Assembly (NCBI GenBank): GCA_950097015.1
Contig: CATNEN010000039.1
Coordinates: forward strand, 310,001-374,000
Reading direction: 5' to 3'
Origin: Macrostomum hystrix
Taxonomy: Eukaryota; Animalia; Platyhelminthes
Length of the DNA: 64,000 bases
The notes under the pieces are model-generated. The model saw only the letters and a list, made by a program, of their open reading frames with translations, made no database searches and was not told the origin of the DNA. Shown here one piece after another: positions 22,901-35,677 of the stretch (its first letter is position 1; the number at the start of each line of letters is the position of its first letter). The translations under genes and the position numbers were made by a program.

Positions 22901-25900
22901 GACTGCATTATTACTCGTACATTATGAAATTAACAATATAAGCAACAAAATATAGTCACCAATGCTAGACTGCATTATTACTCGTACATTATGAAATTAA
23001 CAATATAAGCAACAAAATATAGTCACCAATGCTAGACTGCATTATTACTCGTACATTATGAAATTTTGTGAGCAGGAAATTTTTTGCCTATATCGGTGGT
23101 TTTCTTCACCAGACACCACGACGAGAATCGTTGAATATCTCGACGATGCCGATGTTTTCTGATTCTGGAAATTGTTTCATCGGATGGAGTGGAAAATTAT
23201 AGCCCGTGTTATGGATTTTCAGGGCGATTAGTTGAATATTTTGGGAGATACAACAGAAGATGTGGGTATTTGAAATATCCACATCGTCTTTCTACAGTTA
23301 GACATGGATTTAGTCATGACGAGTCAGCTGAAAGTTAGCTTCAGTTAAATCTAACTCTAATTTATGTAATTATTATTTAATATTATTTAATTCTTGTTCG
23401 AAACAGCTATCAGCGCTTAAATTTACAGCTTGCTAATAGGTGCCATCTTTTGAATGCCATTAGAGCAGGCCATTCCTGTTTCCGCTCCCTCCCTTTGAAC
23501 AGGTAGTGGCTGTCCGGGTGCTTCTGAACGAGGCCTCCGAGCGGGCATGCTTCGTTCTGAAGCAGACTCTGCACACATGCGAGTCACCTGAGTCCGGTGT
23601 GTCCCTGACGAATGCTGTGGCTGGGCTGGACGCTAACCACCTGTCCTATCTGCTTTTCCGCTGCGCTGCCGAAGAGGGTGGCGCGATCTACAATGTGCCT
23701 GGCTTCGGGGACCTCGTTTACTGTGGCCTGCACCGACTGGGTCGGCTCATGCGAGAGGTCAACCTTCAAAAGGACCTGGGACACCCTGTGTGCGGCAACC
23801 TGCGGCAGGGTGACTGGCTGCCCGACTATGTGCTGGGCCGGATTAACAGGTGAGAGATAGGGACTGTGTTGGGCCGGATTGACATGTGAGAGATAGGGAC
23901 TGTGCTGGGCCAGATTGACAGTTGAGAGATAGGGACTGTGCTGGGCCAGATTGACAGTTGAGAGATAGGGACTGCTGGGCCGGATTGACAGGTGAGAGAT
24001 AGGGACTGTGTTGGGCCGGATTGACAGGTGAGAGATAGGGACTGTGCTGGGCCAGATTGACAGTTGAGAGATAGGGACTGTGCTGGGCCGGATTGACAGG
24101 TGAGAGATAGGGACTGTGTTGGGCCGGATTGACAGGTGAGAGATAGGGACTGTGCTGGGCCAGATTGACAGTTGAGAGATAGGGACTGTGCTGGGCCGGA
24201 TTAACAGGTGAGAGATAGGGACTGTGTTGGGCCGGATTGACATGTGAGAGATAGGGACTGTGCTGGGCCAGATTGACAGTTGAGAGATAGGGACTGTGCT
24301 GGGCCAGATTGACAGTTGAGAGATAGGGACTGTGCTGGGCCGGATTGACAGGTGAGAGATAGGGACTGTGCTGGGCCAGATTGACAGTTGAGAGATAGGG
24401 ACTGTGCTGGGCCGGATTAACAGGTGAGAGATAGGGACTGTGCTGGGCCGGATTAACAGATGAGACATAGGGACTGTGCTGGGCCGGATTAACAGGTGAG
24501 AGATAGGGACTGTGCTGGGCCGGATTAGCAGGTGAGAGATAGGGACTGTGCTGGGCCGGATTGACATTTGAGAGATAGGGACTGTGCTGGGCCGGATTAA
24601 CAGGTGAGAGATAGGGACTGTGCTGGGCCGGATTAACAGATGAGACATAGGGACTGTGCTGGGCCGGATTAACAGGTGAGAGATAGGGACTGTACTGGGC
24701 CGGATTAACAGGTGAGAGATAGGGACTGTGCTGGGCCGGATTGACAGTTGAGAGATAGGGACTGTGCTGGGCCGGATTAACAGGTGAGAGATAGGGACTG
24801 TGCTGGGCCGGATTAACAGATGAAAGATAGGGACTGTGCTGGGCCGGATTGACAGGTGAAAGATAGGGAATGTGCTGGGCCGGATTAACAGGTGAGAGAT
24901 AGGGACTGTGCTGGGCCGGATTGACATTTGAGAGATAGGGACTGTGCTGGGCCGGATTAACAGGTGAGAGATAGGGACTGTGCTGGGCCGGATTAACAGA
25001 TGAGACATAGGGACTGTGCTGGGCCGGATTAACAGGTGAGAGATAGGGACTGTGCTGGGCCGGATTAGCAGGTGAGAGATAGGGACTGTGCTGGGCCGGA
25101 TGGACAGTTTGAATATCGGCATCGAGTATTAAGCTTCAATCACTCCGCAAAGGTGTGGCTTTGCTCCCAAACTGTCTACCTGGCTGTCCGAGTACCTGAA
25201 GGCCATGCGGCAGATCCCGCGCTACCTGATCCCATCGTACTTCGGCTCCGCAATCATCCGCATCCACGACTCTCTGCTGATGCGAGCTCGGCAGGTTCTG
25301 CTGCCCGGGCAGCCGACCGCCTCCCGCCTGCTGTTTTGCTTGTCTCTCGGCTCCCTGCAGTTCGTCGGCAATCCACCCGATTCGGCCCTACCGCCATTGG
25401 CGCCCGCACTCGCATCGCAGCTGCCGCACCTCTCCATCGCTGCCGGGTTCCCCCACTTCGCCGCCGGATTGTTCCGCAACTGGGGGCGCGACACTTTTAT
25501 CTCCCTGCGCGGCCTCCTGCTCCTCACCGGTCGCTGGGCCGACGCTCGCTCAGTGCTGCTGGCGTACGCGGGCGCTCTGCGGCATGGCCTTATTCCCAAT
25601 TTATGCGGCGGCGGCTTCGGTGCCCGCTTCAACTGTCGCGATGCCGTTTGGTACTGGCTACACTGCGTCTGCGAGTTCGCTGCGAACGCGCCCTCCGGCA
25701 TCGACATCTTCGCCGATCCGGTGCTGCGGTTGTTTCCCAGTGATGACTCGCCACCTGTATTGGACTGCGTTCAGCCTTTGCATCAGGTATTCAATTCCAG
25801 CCATGCCTGTTCAATACCAGCATTGCCTGTTCAATTCCAGCATTGCCTGTTCAATTTCTGCATTGCCTGTTCAATTCCAGCATTGCCTGTTCAATTTCTG

Positions 25901-28900
25901 CATTGCCTGTTCAATTCCAGCATTGCCTGTTCAATTTCTGCATTGCCTGTTCAATTCCTGCATTACCTGTTCAATTCCGGCATTGCCTGTTCAATTCCTG
26001 CATTGCCTGTTCAATACCAGCATTGCCTGTTCAATACCAGCATTGCCTGTTCAATTCCAGCATTGCCTGTTCAATTTCTGCATTGCCTGTTCAATTCCAG
26101 CATTGCCTGTTCAATTTCTGCATTGCCTGTTCAATTCCTGCATTACCTGTTCAATTCCTGCATTGCCTGTTCAATTCCAGCCATGCCTGTTCAATACCAG
26201 CATTGCCTGTTCAATACCAGCATTGCCTGTTCAATTCCAGCATTGCCTGTTCAATTTCTGCATTGCCTGTTCAATTCCAGCATTGCCTGTTCAATTTCTG
26301 CATTGCCTGTTCAATTCCTGCATTGCCTGTTCAATTCCTGCATTGCCTGTTCAATTCCTGCATTGCCTGTTCAATTCCTGCATTGCCTGTTCAATTCCAG
26401 CATTGCCTGTTCAATTCCTGCATTGCCTGTTCAATTTCTGCATTGCCTGTTCAATTCCAGCATTGCCTGTTCAATTTCTGCATTGCCTGTTCAATTTCTG
26501 CATTGCCTGTTCAATTCCAGCATTGCCTGTTCAATTTCTGCATTGCCTGTTCAATTCCTGCATTGCCTGTTCAATTCCTGCATTGCCTGTTCAATTCCAG
26601 CTATGCCTGTTCAATACCAGCATTGCCTGTTCAATTCCTGCATTGCCTGTTCAATTCCTGCATTGCCTGTTCAATTCCAGCATTGCCTGTTCAATTCCAG
26701 CATTGCCTGTTCAATTCCTGCATTGCCTGTTCAATTCCTGCATTGCCTGTTCAATTCCTGCATTGCCTGTTCAATTCCAGCATTGCCTGTTCAATACCAG
26801 CATTGCCTGTTCAATACCAGCATTGCCTGTTCAATTCCTGCATTGCCTGTTCAATTCCAGCCATGCCTGTTCAATACCAGCATTGCCTGTTCAATACCAG
26901 CATTGCCTGTTCAATACCAGCATTGCCTGTTCAATTCCAGCATTGCCTGTTCAATTTCTGCATTGCCTGTTCAATTCCAGCATTGCCTGTTCAATTTCTG
27001 CATTGCCTGTTCAATTCCTGCATTACCTGTTCAATTCCTGCATTGCCTGTTCAATTCCTGCATTGCCTGTTCAATTCCTGCATTGCCTGTTCAATTCCAG
27101 CATTGCCTGTTCAATTTCTGCATTGCCTGTTCAATTCCTGCATTGCCTGTTCAATTCCTGCATTGCCTGTTCAATTCCAGCTATGCCTGTTCAATACCAG
27201 CATTGCCTGTTCAATTCCTGCATTGCCTGTTCAATTCCTGCATTGCCTGTTCAATTCCAGCATTGCCTGTTCAATTCCAGCATTGCCTGTTCAATTCCTG
27301 CATTGCCTGTTCAATTCCTGCATTGCCTGTTCAATTTCTGCATTGCCTGTTCAATTCCAGCATTGCCTGTTCAATTTCTGCATTGCCTGTTCAATTTCTG
27401 CATTGCCTGTTCAATTCCAGCATTGCCTGTTCAATTTCTGCATTGCCTGTTCAATTCCTGCATTGCCTGTTCAATTCCTGCATTGCCTGTTCAATTCCAG
27501 CTATGCCTGTTCAATACCAGCATTGCCTGTTCAATTCCTGCATTGCCTGTTCAATTCCTGCATTGCCTGTTCAATTCCAGCATTGCCTGTTCAATTCCAG
27601 CATTGCCTGTTCAATTCCTGCATTGCCTGTTCAATTCCTGCATTGCCTGTTCAATTCCTGCATTGCCTGTTCAATTCCAGCATTGCCTGTTCAATACCAG
27701 CATTGCCTGTTCAATACCAGCATTGCCTGTTCAATTCCTGCATTGCCTGTTCAATTCCAGCCATGCCTGTTCAATACCAGCATTGCCTGTTCAATACCAG
27801 CATTGCCTGTTCAATACCAGCATTGCCTGTTCAATTCCAGCATTGCATGTTCAATTTCTGCATTGCCTGTTCAATTCCAGCATTGCCTGTTCAATTTCTG
27901 CATTGCCTGTTCAATTCCTGCATTACCTGTTCAATTCCTGCATTGCCTGTTCAATTCCTGCATTGCCTGTTCAATTCCTGCATTGCCTGTTCAATTCCAG
28001 CATTGCCTGTTCAATACCAGCATTGCCTGTTCAATACCAGCATTGCCTGTTCAATTCCTGCATTGCCTGTTCAATTCCAGCCATGCCTGTTCAATACCAG
28101 CATTGCCTGTTCAATACCAGCATTGCCTGTTCAATTCCAGCATTGCCTGTTCAATTTCTGCATTGCCTGTTCAATTCCAGCATTGCCTGTTCAATTTCTG
28201 CATTGCCTGTTCAAGTCCTGCATTGCCTGTTCAATTCCTGCATTGCCTGTTCAATTCCTGCATTGCCTGTTCAATTCCTGCATTGCCTGTTCAATTCCAG
28301 CATTGCCTGTTCAATACCAGCATTGCCTGTTCAATACCAGCATTGCCTGTTCAATTCCTGCATTGCCTGTTCAATTCCAGCCATGCCTGTTCAATACCAG
28401 CATTGCCTGTTCAATACCAGCATTGCCTGTTCAATTCCAGCATTGCCTGTTCAATTCCAGCATTGCCTGTTCAATTTCTGCATTGCCTGTTCAATTCCAG
28501 CATTGCCTGTTCAATTTCTGCATTGCCTGTTCAAGTCCTGCATTGCCTGTTCAATTCTTGCATTGCCTGTTCAATTCCTGCATTGCCTGTTCAATTCCTG
28601 CATTGCCTGTTCAATTCCAGCATTGCCTGTTCAATTCCAGCATTGCCTGTTCAATTCCTGCATTGCCTGTTCAATTCCAGCCATGCCTGTTCAATACCAG
28701 CATTGCCTGTTCAATACCAGCATTGCCTGTTCAATACCAGCATTGCCTGTTCAATTCCTGCATTGCCTGTTCAATTTCTGCATTGCCTGTTCAATTCCTG
28801 CATTGCCTGTTCAATTCCAGCATTGCCTGTTCAATTTCTGCATTGCCTGTTCAATTCCAGCATTGCCTGTTCAATTTCTGCATTGCCTGTTCAATTCCTG

Positions 28901-31900
28901 CATTGCCTGTTCAATTCCTGCATTGCCTGTTCAATTCCAGCTATGCCTGTTCAATACCAGCATTGCCTGTTCAATTCCTGCATTGCCTGTTCAATTCCTG
29001 CATTGCCTGTTCAATTCCAGCATTGCCTGTTCAATTCCAGCATTGCCTGTTCAATTCCTGCATTGCCTGTTCAATTCCTGCATTGCCTGTTCAATTCCTG
29101 CATTGCCTGTTCAATTCCAGCATTGCCTGTTCAATACCAGCATTGCCTGTTCAATACCAGCATTGCCTGTTCAATTCCTGCATTGCCTGTTCAATTCCAG
29201 CCATGCCTGTTCAATACCAGCATTGCCTGTTCAATACCAGCATTGCCTGTTCAATACCAGCATTGCCTGTTCAATTCCAGCATTGCATGTTCAATTTCTG
29301 CATTGCCTGTTCAATTCCAGCATTGCCTGTTCAATTTCTGCATTGCCTGTTCAATTCCTGCATTACCTGTTCAATTCCTGCATTGCCTGTTCAATTCCTG
29401 CATTGCCTGTTCAATTCCTGCATTGCCTGTTCAATTCCAGCATTGCCTGTTCAATACCAGCATTGCCTGTTCAATACCAGCATTGCCTGTTCAATTCCTG
29501 CATTGCCTGTTCAATTCCAGCCATGCCTGTTCAATACCAGCATTGCCTGTTCAATACCAGCATTGCCTGTTCAATTCCAGCATTGCCTGTTCAATTTCTG
29601 CATTGCCTGTTCAATTCCAGCATTGCCTGTTCAATTTCTGCATTGCCTGTTCAAGTCCTGCATTGCCTGTTCAATTCCTGCATTGCCTGTTCAATTCCTG
29701 CATTGCCTGTTCAATTCCTGCATTGCCTGTTCAATTCCAGCATTGCCTGTTCAATACCAGCATTGCCTGTTCAATACCAGCATTGCCTGTTCAATTCCTG
29801 CATTGCCTGTTCAATTCCAGCCATGCCTGTTCAATACCAGCATTGCCTGTTCAATACCAGCATTGCCTGTTCAATTCCAGCATTGCCTGTTCAATTCCAG
29901 CATTGCCTGTTCAATTTCTGCATTGCCTGTTCAATTCCAGCATTGCCTGTTCAATTTCTGCATTGCCTGTTCAAGTCCTGCATTGCCTGTTCAATTCTTG
30001 CATTGCCTGTTCAATTCCTGCATTGCCTGTTCAATTCCTGCATTGCCTGTTCAATTCCAGCATTGCCTGTTCAATTCCAGCATTGCCTGTTCAATTCCTG
30101 CATTGCCTGTTCAATTCCAGCCATGCCTGTTCAATACCAGCATTGCCTGTTCAATACCAGCATTGCCTGTTCAATACCAGCATTGCCTGTTCAATTCCTG
30201 CATTGCCTGTTCAATTTCTGCATTGCCTGTTCAATTCCTGCATTGCCTGTTCAATTCCAGCATTGCCTGTTCAATTCCAGCATTGCCTGTTCAATTCCTG
30301 CATTGCCTGTTCAATACCAGCATTGCCTGTTCAATTCCAGCACTGCCTGTTCAATTCCTGCATTGCCTGTTCAATTCCTGCATTGCCTGTTCAATTCCTG
30401 CATTGCCTGTTCAATTCCAGCATTGCCTGTTCAATACCAGCATTGCCTGTTCAATACCAGCATTGCCTGTTCAATACCAGCATTGCCTGTTCAATTCCTG
30501 CATTGCCTGTTCAATTCCAGCCATGCCTGTTCAATTCCAGCCATGCCTGTTCAATACCAGCATTGCCTGTTCAATACCAGCATTGCCTGTTCAATACCAG
30601 CATTGCCTGTTCAATTCCAGCATTGCCTGTTCAATACCAGCATTGCCTGTTCAATTCCTGCATTGCCTGTTCAATTCCAGCATTGCCTGTTCAATACCAG
30701 CATTGCCTGTTCAATTCCTGCATTGCCTGTTCAATTCCAGCTATGCCTGTTCAATACCAGCATTGCCTGTTCAATACCAGCATTGCCTGTTCAATACCAG
30801 CATTGCCTGTTCAATTCCAGCATTGCCTGTTCAATTTCTGCATTGCCTGTTCAATTCCAGCATTGCCTGTTCAATACCAGCATTGCCTGTTCAATTCCTG
30901 CATTGCCTGTTCAATTCCAGCATTGCCTGTTCAATACCAGCATTGCCTGTTCAATACCAGCATTGCCTGTTCAATTCCAGCATTGCCTGTTCAATACCAG
31001 CATTGCCTGTTCAATTCCAGCATTGCCTGTTCAATTCCAGCATTGCCTGTTCAATTCCAGCATTGCCTGTTCAATTCCAGCATTGCCTGTTCAACTCCAG
31101 CTATGCCAGTCCAGTACCTGCTCACTGCTCCCATTTCCCTATCATGCTAGGTGATGCAGGAGGCTCTTCAGCGGCATGCCAGTGGCATCGACTTTGTAGA
31201 GCGAAACGCGGGCCCGCAACTGGACTCGCACATGCAGCCAGAGGGCTTTCACGTCACGGCAGGCCTCAGATGGCCCTTTGTTGAAGGCGGCAGCCGCTGG
31301 AACTGCGGCACTTGGATGGATAAGATGGGCAGCTCCGAGCGAGCCGGCAATCGCGGCGTGCCCGCTACTCCAAGGCATGGGTGCGCAGTTGAACTTAGCG
31401 GACTCTGCGCAGGAGTGGTTCGCCACCTGGCCAAGTTTCCCAGGTGAGTTGCCAGTTTGAGCAGCTAGCAATGTTGCTCGCTGACTTCTCACTGAAGGTC
31501 GCTATGGTCCCTTGTCCTCCACCCGCAGGTCCGCCTACCCGCACGACGGCGTCACGCATGGAGGCCGTCGCATTGACTGGGCCAGCTGGGCTGCCGACAT
31601 GGCTGCGCAGTTCGAGCCGCAGTTCTGGTTGCCTGAGTCCAGCCACTATCGCGACCGCTGGCTGCCAGATACGGCCAACGATCCCGAGGGCCCTCAGCTG
31701 CGTCCAAACTTTCTGGTTGCTATGGTGACGGCGCCGTTCCTGTTCACCCCTGAGCGAGCCCGCGCTGCTCTGGATGTTGTTCAGCGGCGCCTCCTAGGCC
31801 CATTGGGAATGCGCACACTCGATCCCGAGGACCCCGCCTACCGCGGCCGCTACGACAACTCGAACGACTCCGATGACGCAAGTATGGCCGGTGGCTTTTC

Positions 31901-33088
31901 CTACCACAATGGGCCCGAGTGGCTGTGGCCAGTTGGCTACTATCTCCGCGCTCGGCTCGCCTTCGCTGAGTCGCCTGCCGAACAAGTGGGCCACGTGCAG
32001 GCCGTGCTGGCTCGCTGCTTCGATGCGATGGAAGCCTCTGACTGGCACAGCTTACCAGAGCTCACCAACCGCGACGGAGAAGTTCGTATAGCTCACTTGC
32101 TGATTTGCGCCCTATTCAGTATGCAGAGTGCCCCACGCCCTATTCAGTATGCAGAGTGCCCCACGCCCTATTCAGTATGCAGAGTGCCCCACGCCCTATT
32201 CAGTATGCAGAGTGCCCCATGCCCTATTCAGTATGCAGAGTGTCCCACGCCCTATTCAGTATGCAGAGTGTCCCACGCCCTATTCAGTATGCAGAGTGCC
32301 CCACGCCCTATTCAGTATGCAGAGTGTCCCACGCCCTATTCAGTATGCAGAGTGCCCCATGCCCTGTTCAGTATGCAGTGTGCCCCATGCCCTATTCAGT
32401 ATGCAGAGTGTCCCACGCCCTATTCAGTATGCAGAGTGCCCCACGCCCTATTCAGTATGCAGAGTGCCCCATGCCCTATTCAGTATGCAGAGTGCCCCAT
32501 GCCCTATTCAGTATGCAGAGTGCCCCATGCCCTATTCAGTATGCAGAGTGCCCCATGCCCTGTTCAGTATGCAGAGTGCCCCATGCCCTATTCAGTATGC
32601 AGAGTGCCCCATGCCCTATTCAGTATGCAGAGTGCCCCATGCCCTATTCAGTATGCAGAGTGCCCCATGCCCTGTTCAGTATGCAGTGTGCCCCATGCCC
32701 TATTATTCAGTATGCAGAGTGCCCCATGCCCTGTTCAGTATGCAGTGTGCCCCATGCCCTATTCAGTATGCAGTGTGCCCCACGCCCTATTCAGTATGCA
32801 GAGTGCCCCATCCCCTGTTCAGTATGCAGTGTGCCCCATGCCCTATTCAGTATGCAGAGTGCCCCATGCCCTATTATTCAGTATGCAGAGTGCCCCATGC
32901 CCTATTTATTAAGCAGTGTGTCCCATGCCTTATTCATTATAAAGAGTGCCTAATGTAGAATATAAAACCTGTAAGTGGCCTTCCTAAACGCCCATCCGCA
33001 GCCCTGCCCACACAGCTGCCAGGCGCAGGCCTGGAGCATGGCCACTTTGTTCGAGGCGGCCTGCGACCTGCGCAACCTGGCGCTCTGA
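16954..33088 (+). CDS. AGL: Glycogen debranching enzyme (4-alpha-glucanotransferase / amylo-1,6-glucosidase)
   Basis: Eleven exons: 16954-17382, 17811-18269, 18385-18764, 18955-19524, 20985-21246, 22132-22563, 23503-23849, 25153-25786, 31151-31443, 31529-32081, 33002-33088. Motifs: [111 protein letters not shown]. Confidence 0.97.
17509..17781. repeat. 47 bp minisatellite, AGL intron 1
   Basis: About 6 copies of TGAGCTCACGCCTCAGTTAATGCCAGTTGTAATGAGTCTGTCCCCAT. Confidence 0.95.
18761..18886. repeat. 51 bp repeat (~2.5 copies) starting at the AGL exon 3 donor
   Basis: ACAG|GTGAGAGTTCTCAGTTGC recurs at ~18812 (mutated to AAAGGAGAGAG) and at ~18863 (intact). Confidence 0.85.
19720..20700 (-). 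mobile_element. Partial copy of the CAGTAGAAAG/TTAA MITE family with a nested TTAA-bounded insert (19762-20373)
   Basis: 20385-20700 is the reverse complement of internal blocks of 22594-23297 (e.g. AACACGGGCT, ATATTCAACGATTCTCGTCG). Boundaries are approximate. Confidence 0.6.
21372..22106. repeat. 18 bp minisatellite, AGL intron 5
   Basis: Unit AACTCAGCATCCCACTCC, about 40 copies. Confidence 0.97.
22594..23297 (+). mobile_element. Non-autonomous TIR element (MITE), TIR CAGTAGAAAGAC, TTAA-like flanks; internal 67 bp x3 tandem (22860-23062)
   Basis: TTAA|CAGTAGAAAGAC ... GTCTTTCTACAG|TTAG; homologous to 60757-61550 and 35965-42032. Confidence 0.8.
23829..25108. repeat. 36 bp minisatellite spanning the AGL exon 7 splice donor
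   Basis: Unit = last ~21 nt of the exon (TGTGCTGGGCCGGATTAACAG) plus the first ~15 nt of the intron (GTGAGAGATAGGGAC), about 35 copies. Confidence 0.97.
25789..31108. repeat. 5.3 kb 20 bp satellite with higher-order structure, AGL intron 8
   Basis: Unit CATTGCCTGTTCAATTCCAG with variants, about 265 copies in unbroken phase. Confidence 0.99.
32108..32930. repeat. 28 bp minisatellite, AGL intron 10
   Basis: Unit GCCCTATTCAGTATGCAGAGTGCCCCAY. Confidence 0.97.
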
Positions 33089-33185
33089 CTGTCGCAGCTG
33101 AGCTGATGATCTGAACTGCAGTTTAGTAGCAGAGTCTGAGCTGCTAAAGCATCTGTACCTTCAGCTAGCGTTATACTGTACTTCT

Positions 33186-33191
33186 AATAAA
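33186..33191 (+). terminator. Putative polyadenylation signal of AGL
   Basis: AATAAA about 100 nt after the stop codon. Confidence 0.6.
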
Positions 33192-33634
33192 CTGCTTCCA
33201 ATCAACACTTGTGTTCTTAGCTGCAACAGAACATATTCACCGTAGTTCTTCTGTATTAGCACTTTTGCTTTCTTGTAGACTTAGTCCCCCAAAACACTAA
33301 CTGAAAGCTTCCAAGCTATGATTAGACTTTATGATTAAACTTTTAGCTCGCATCTGGTCACATCTGTTAGCACTCATTACTTATTTAGTTTAAAATATTT
33401 TTGTTTTGAATTAGCTTATCAACTTAGATCTGCTTTTTTTATTTAAACCATGAGATTATAAACTTAGACTTTATTGATTATTTTCTGCCTGATCAACCAG
33501 CTATATTCTTATTTGACCTCCCTGACCCATAGAGACAGTTTGAGCAAATCCGCCCTCCAGCTCTAGTATTCTTTCCCTTGCTCAGCTTTTGTCCTTTTCA
33601 TCGATTTGGACTCAACTCATTTAAGAGGCCGTAT

Positions 33635-35677
33635 GGGCCCGTTCAATAAAGCTTGCGTATCCTTAAGTTCCAACTTGCGTTGGCGCCATGTCGTTAAATG
33701 TTTGGTGAATCCATCGTATCTTAAGATCGTTCATAGATTTCAGAAGTCATCGCGGACGCGTAATTTTGCGTTCGGTGAAACTTTCGTAGGTCACTCCGGC
33801 TTCTTAAGTTCCGCCGTAAATCTATGATAGATCGGACCTGTTGTAAGTCTCGCATTAGCAATCTAAAAGACACGGCCATCGTGAAAAAATTTGCTCGACC
33901 ATTCTATATTTAGAGGTTATACTTCATCACGTAGATTACTTACGTACGTATTACTCGTAGAGCAGAGAATTAATATACTACTATTGTAAAGGTCTCATTA
34001 TTTAGTCATAAGAAAAGTACAAAAATCGTGCCAATCATAGTGGCTGCAGCTGCATGATTCGCTGTCTTTCTGTGGTGTCTTGAGCTGGTGCAGCTGCATT
34101 TTCTTCAGTCACTTCCATGACCAGCGGCTGAGGCTCAGGTGGGAGTGGAACTGCTCTGCAAAATGTGTCATTTTGCTGTGTCACAACAAAATTTTGTAGA
34201 TGTTTGAATGTGTTAATACTGTCTGCACGCCTCCTGCCAATAAGCCTGATGAAGCTAAAGCACTAGGCAGAAGTGAGTCACCTGAGTACGAGACGGCAGA
34301 TGATGAAGATATGGAAGAGTCTGCTGCCACGCATGCGAGGAATAACAAGTATCGGCCCAGGCAAAGCAAATTTGTGACTATTGAAGCGTTGGCAAAAAAC
34401 GAATTCGTGTGGAAGCTCGACTCGATGTTGAAAACAAGCGGTTGTGCGTCGAGAGGTAGGGGCTACAGATCGAGAGAGAACGTCTAGGCAGAGAAAGACT
34501 AGCAATGAAAAGGAAGACGCGATCGGGCGATGAGCATCTTAATTTTATTCATATATAAACTGTGCATAACATTTCATTGTCTCACTCGTACACGCAATTA
34601 AAATTCTACAAATTATAATATAAGATCTCGATTAAAGAAAACAAAACCCAGTTTTCGGATATATTGTATTGCTTGCTTAACATTCTTAACATTCATTCTA
34701 GAACTTGCTTAACATTCATTCTTGCTTAACATTCATTCTTGCTTAACCATCGATGGTAATGGTTGACCGTGGGAAAGTCAAATTGTTCTTCCTGGAAATG
34801 TGCATTTGACTCCATGTTTTCTTTCATTAAATATTTACTTTACGAATTAATAATTCGTAAAAAAACATCCTGCATCTAAAACAAATGTAATAATGAGTGG
34901 AAAAAGTTTCTCTGGCGGTTGTGAATTTTCAGGCACCAGTCCTTAAGTTTGATCGTAGCCACTGCGTAAGTTAAGACGTATCTACGAAACTTTCACCGAA
35001 CGCACTTAAGAACTCTCTGAGACGGCTCTGAACTGTCGTGCGTAAGTTAGAGCCTTCTACGAGGGGTGAGTGGGTCAGCGGCTAGTGTCGCTGCCTTACT
35101 TTCCAATGGTCACTGGTTCGTTCCTCCCTCCAAGTCACGATTATTTCGAGGCTTGGTTGGAGGTTTGCGAAGTAGTGACTTGCGGAGATGCACCTTATTC
35201 TGTGCAACCAAAGCTAATTTAAAATAGCTTAACCCCTGCCTTCTGCATGCCTGCTTGTTTGTGTTTGTGTTATGTGCGTTGTGCCAGGTGTAAGGCGTTG
35301 TATGGGGGGTGGGGCGGGTGTGCACCAGCCATGCGTGCTCTGAGCGGCGAGGTTTCACCAGCCGTCTGCGCGCGTGGCTTGGTCCTCTCGTCCCTACCCT
35401 TCAGTCATATAAGTCCTCCCCTGGTCTGCTCTGTGCGTGTGCGGGCCTGGGGTGAGAGGCACTCCGGCTGCCGCCCCCTTCCCCGCTTGGCTTGCGGCTG
35501 TGTGTGAGGTGCCTGAGTCCAGGGGTCCAGATGTCGCGATGGGCGACTCCCGCCTAGTTCGCCGGCCTGGGGACATGCCGTTCCTGCGCTTGTGCGTCAA
35601 GTGCCCCAGGCCCCTTCAAATAAGTAAGTAAAGTAGAGCCTACGACGGAACTTACGAACGCTTTATAATACGGGCCC
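33635..35677. mobile_element. PIF/Harbinger-like non-autonomous element
   Basis: Inverted ends GGGCCCGTTCAATAAAGC ... GCTTTATAATACGGGCCC, flanks TAT/TAA, subterminal CTTAAG/CGTAAG/CTTACG motifs. The short internal ORF 34200-34487 may be a Myb/SANT-gene remnant (weak). Confidence 0.7.
35056..35631 (+). mobile_element. tRNA-derived SINE inserted in the Harbinger-like element
   Basis: tRNA-like head with B box GGTTCGTTCC (35115-35124), (TAAG)n tail and near-duplicate flanks AGTTAGAGCCT / AGTAGAGCCT. Confidence 0.65.

Noticed and set aside
25205-31284. Three giant ORFs of 1813-1981 aa
   Set aside because: They are translations of a stop-free 20 bp satellite. AGL homology stops at the donor at 25786 and resumes at 31151.
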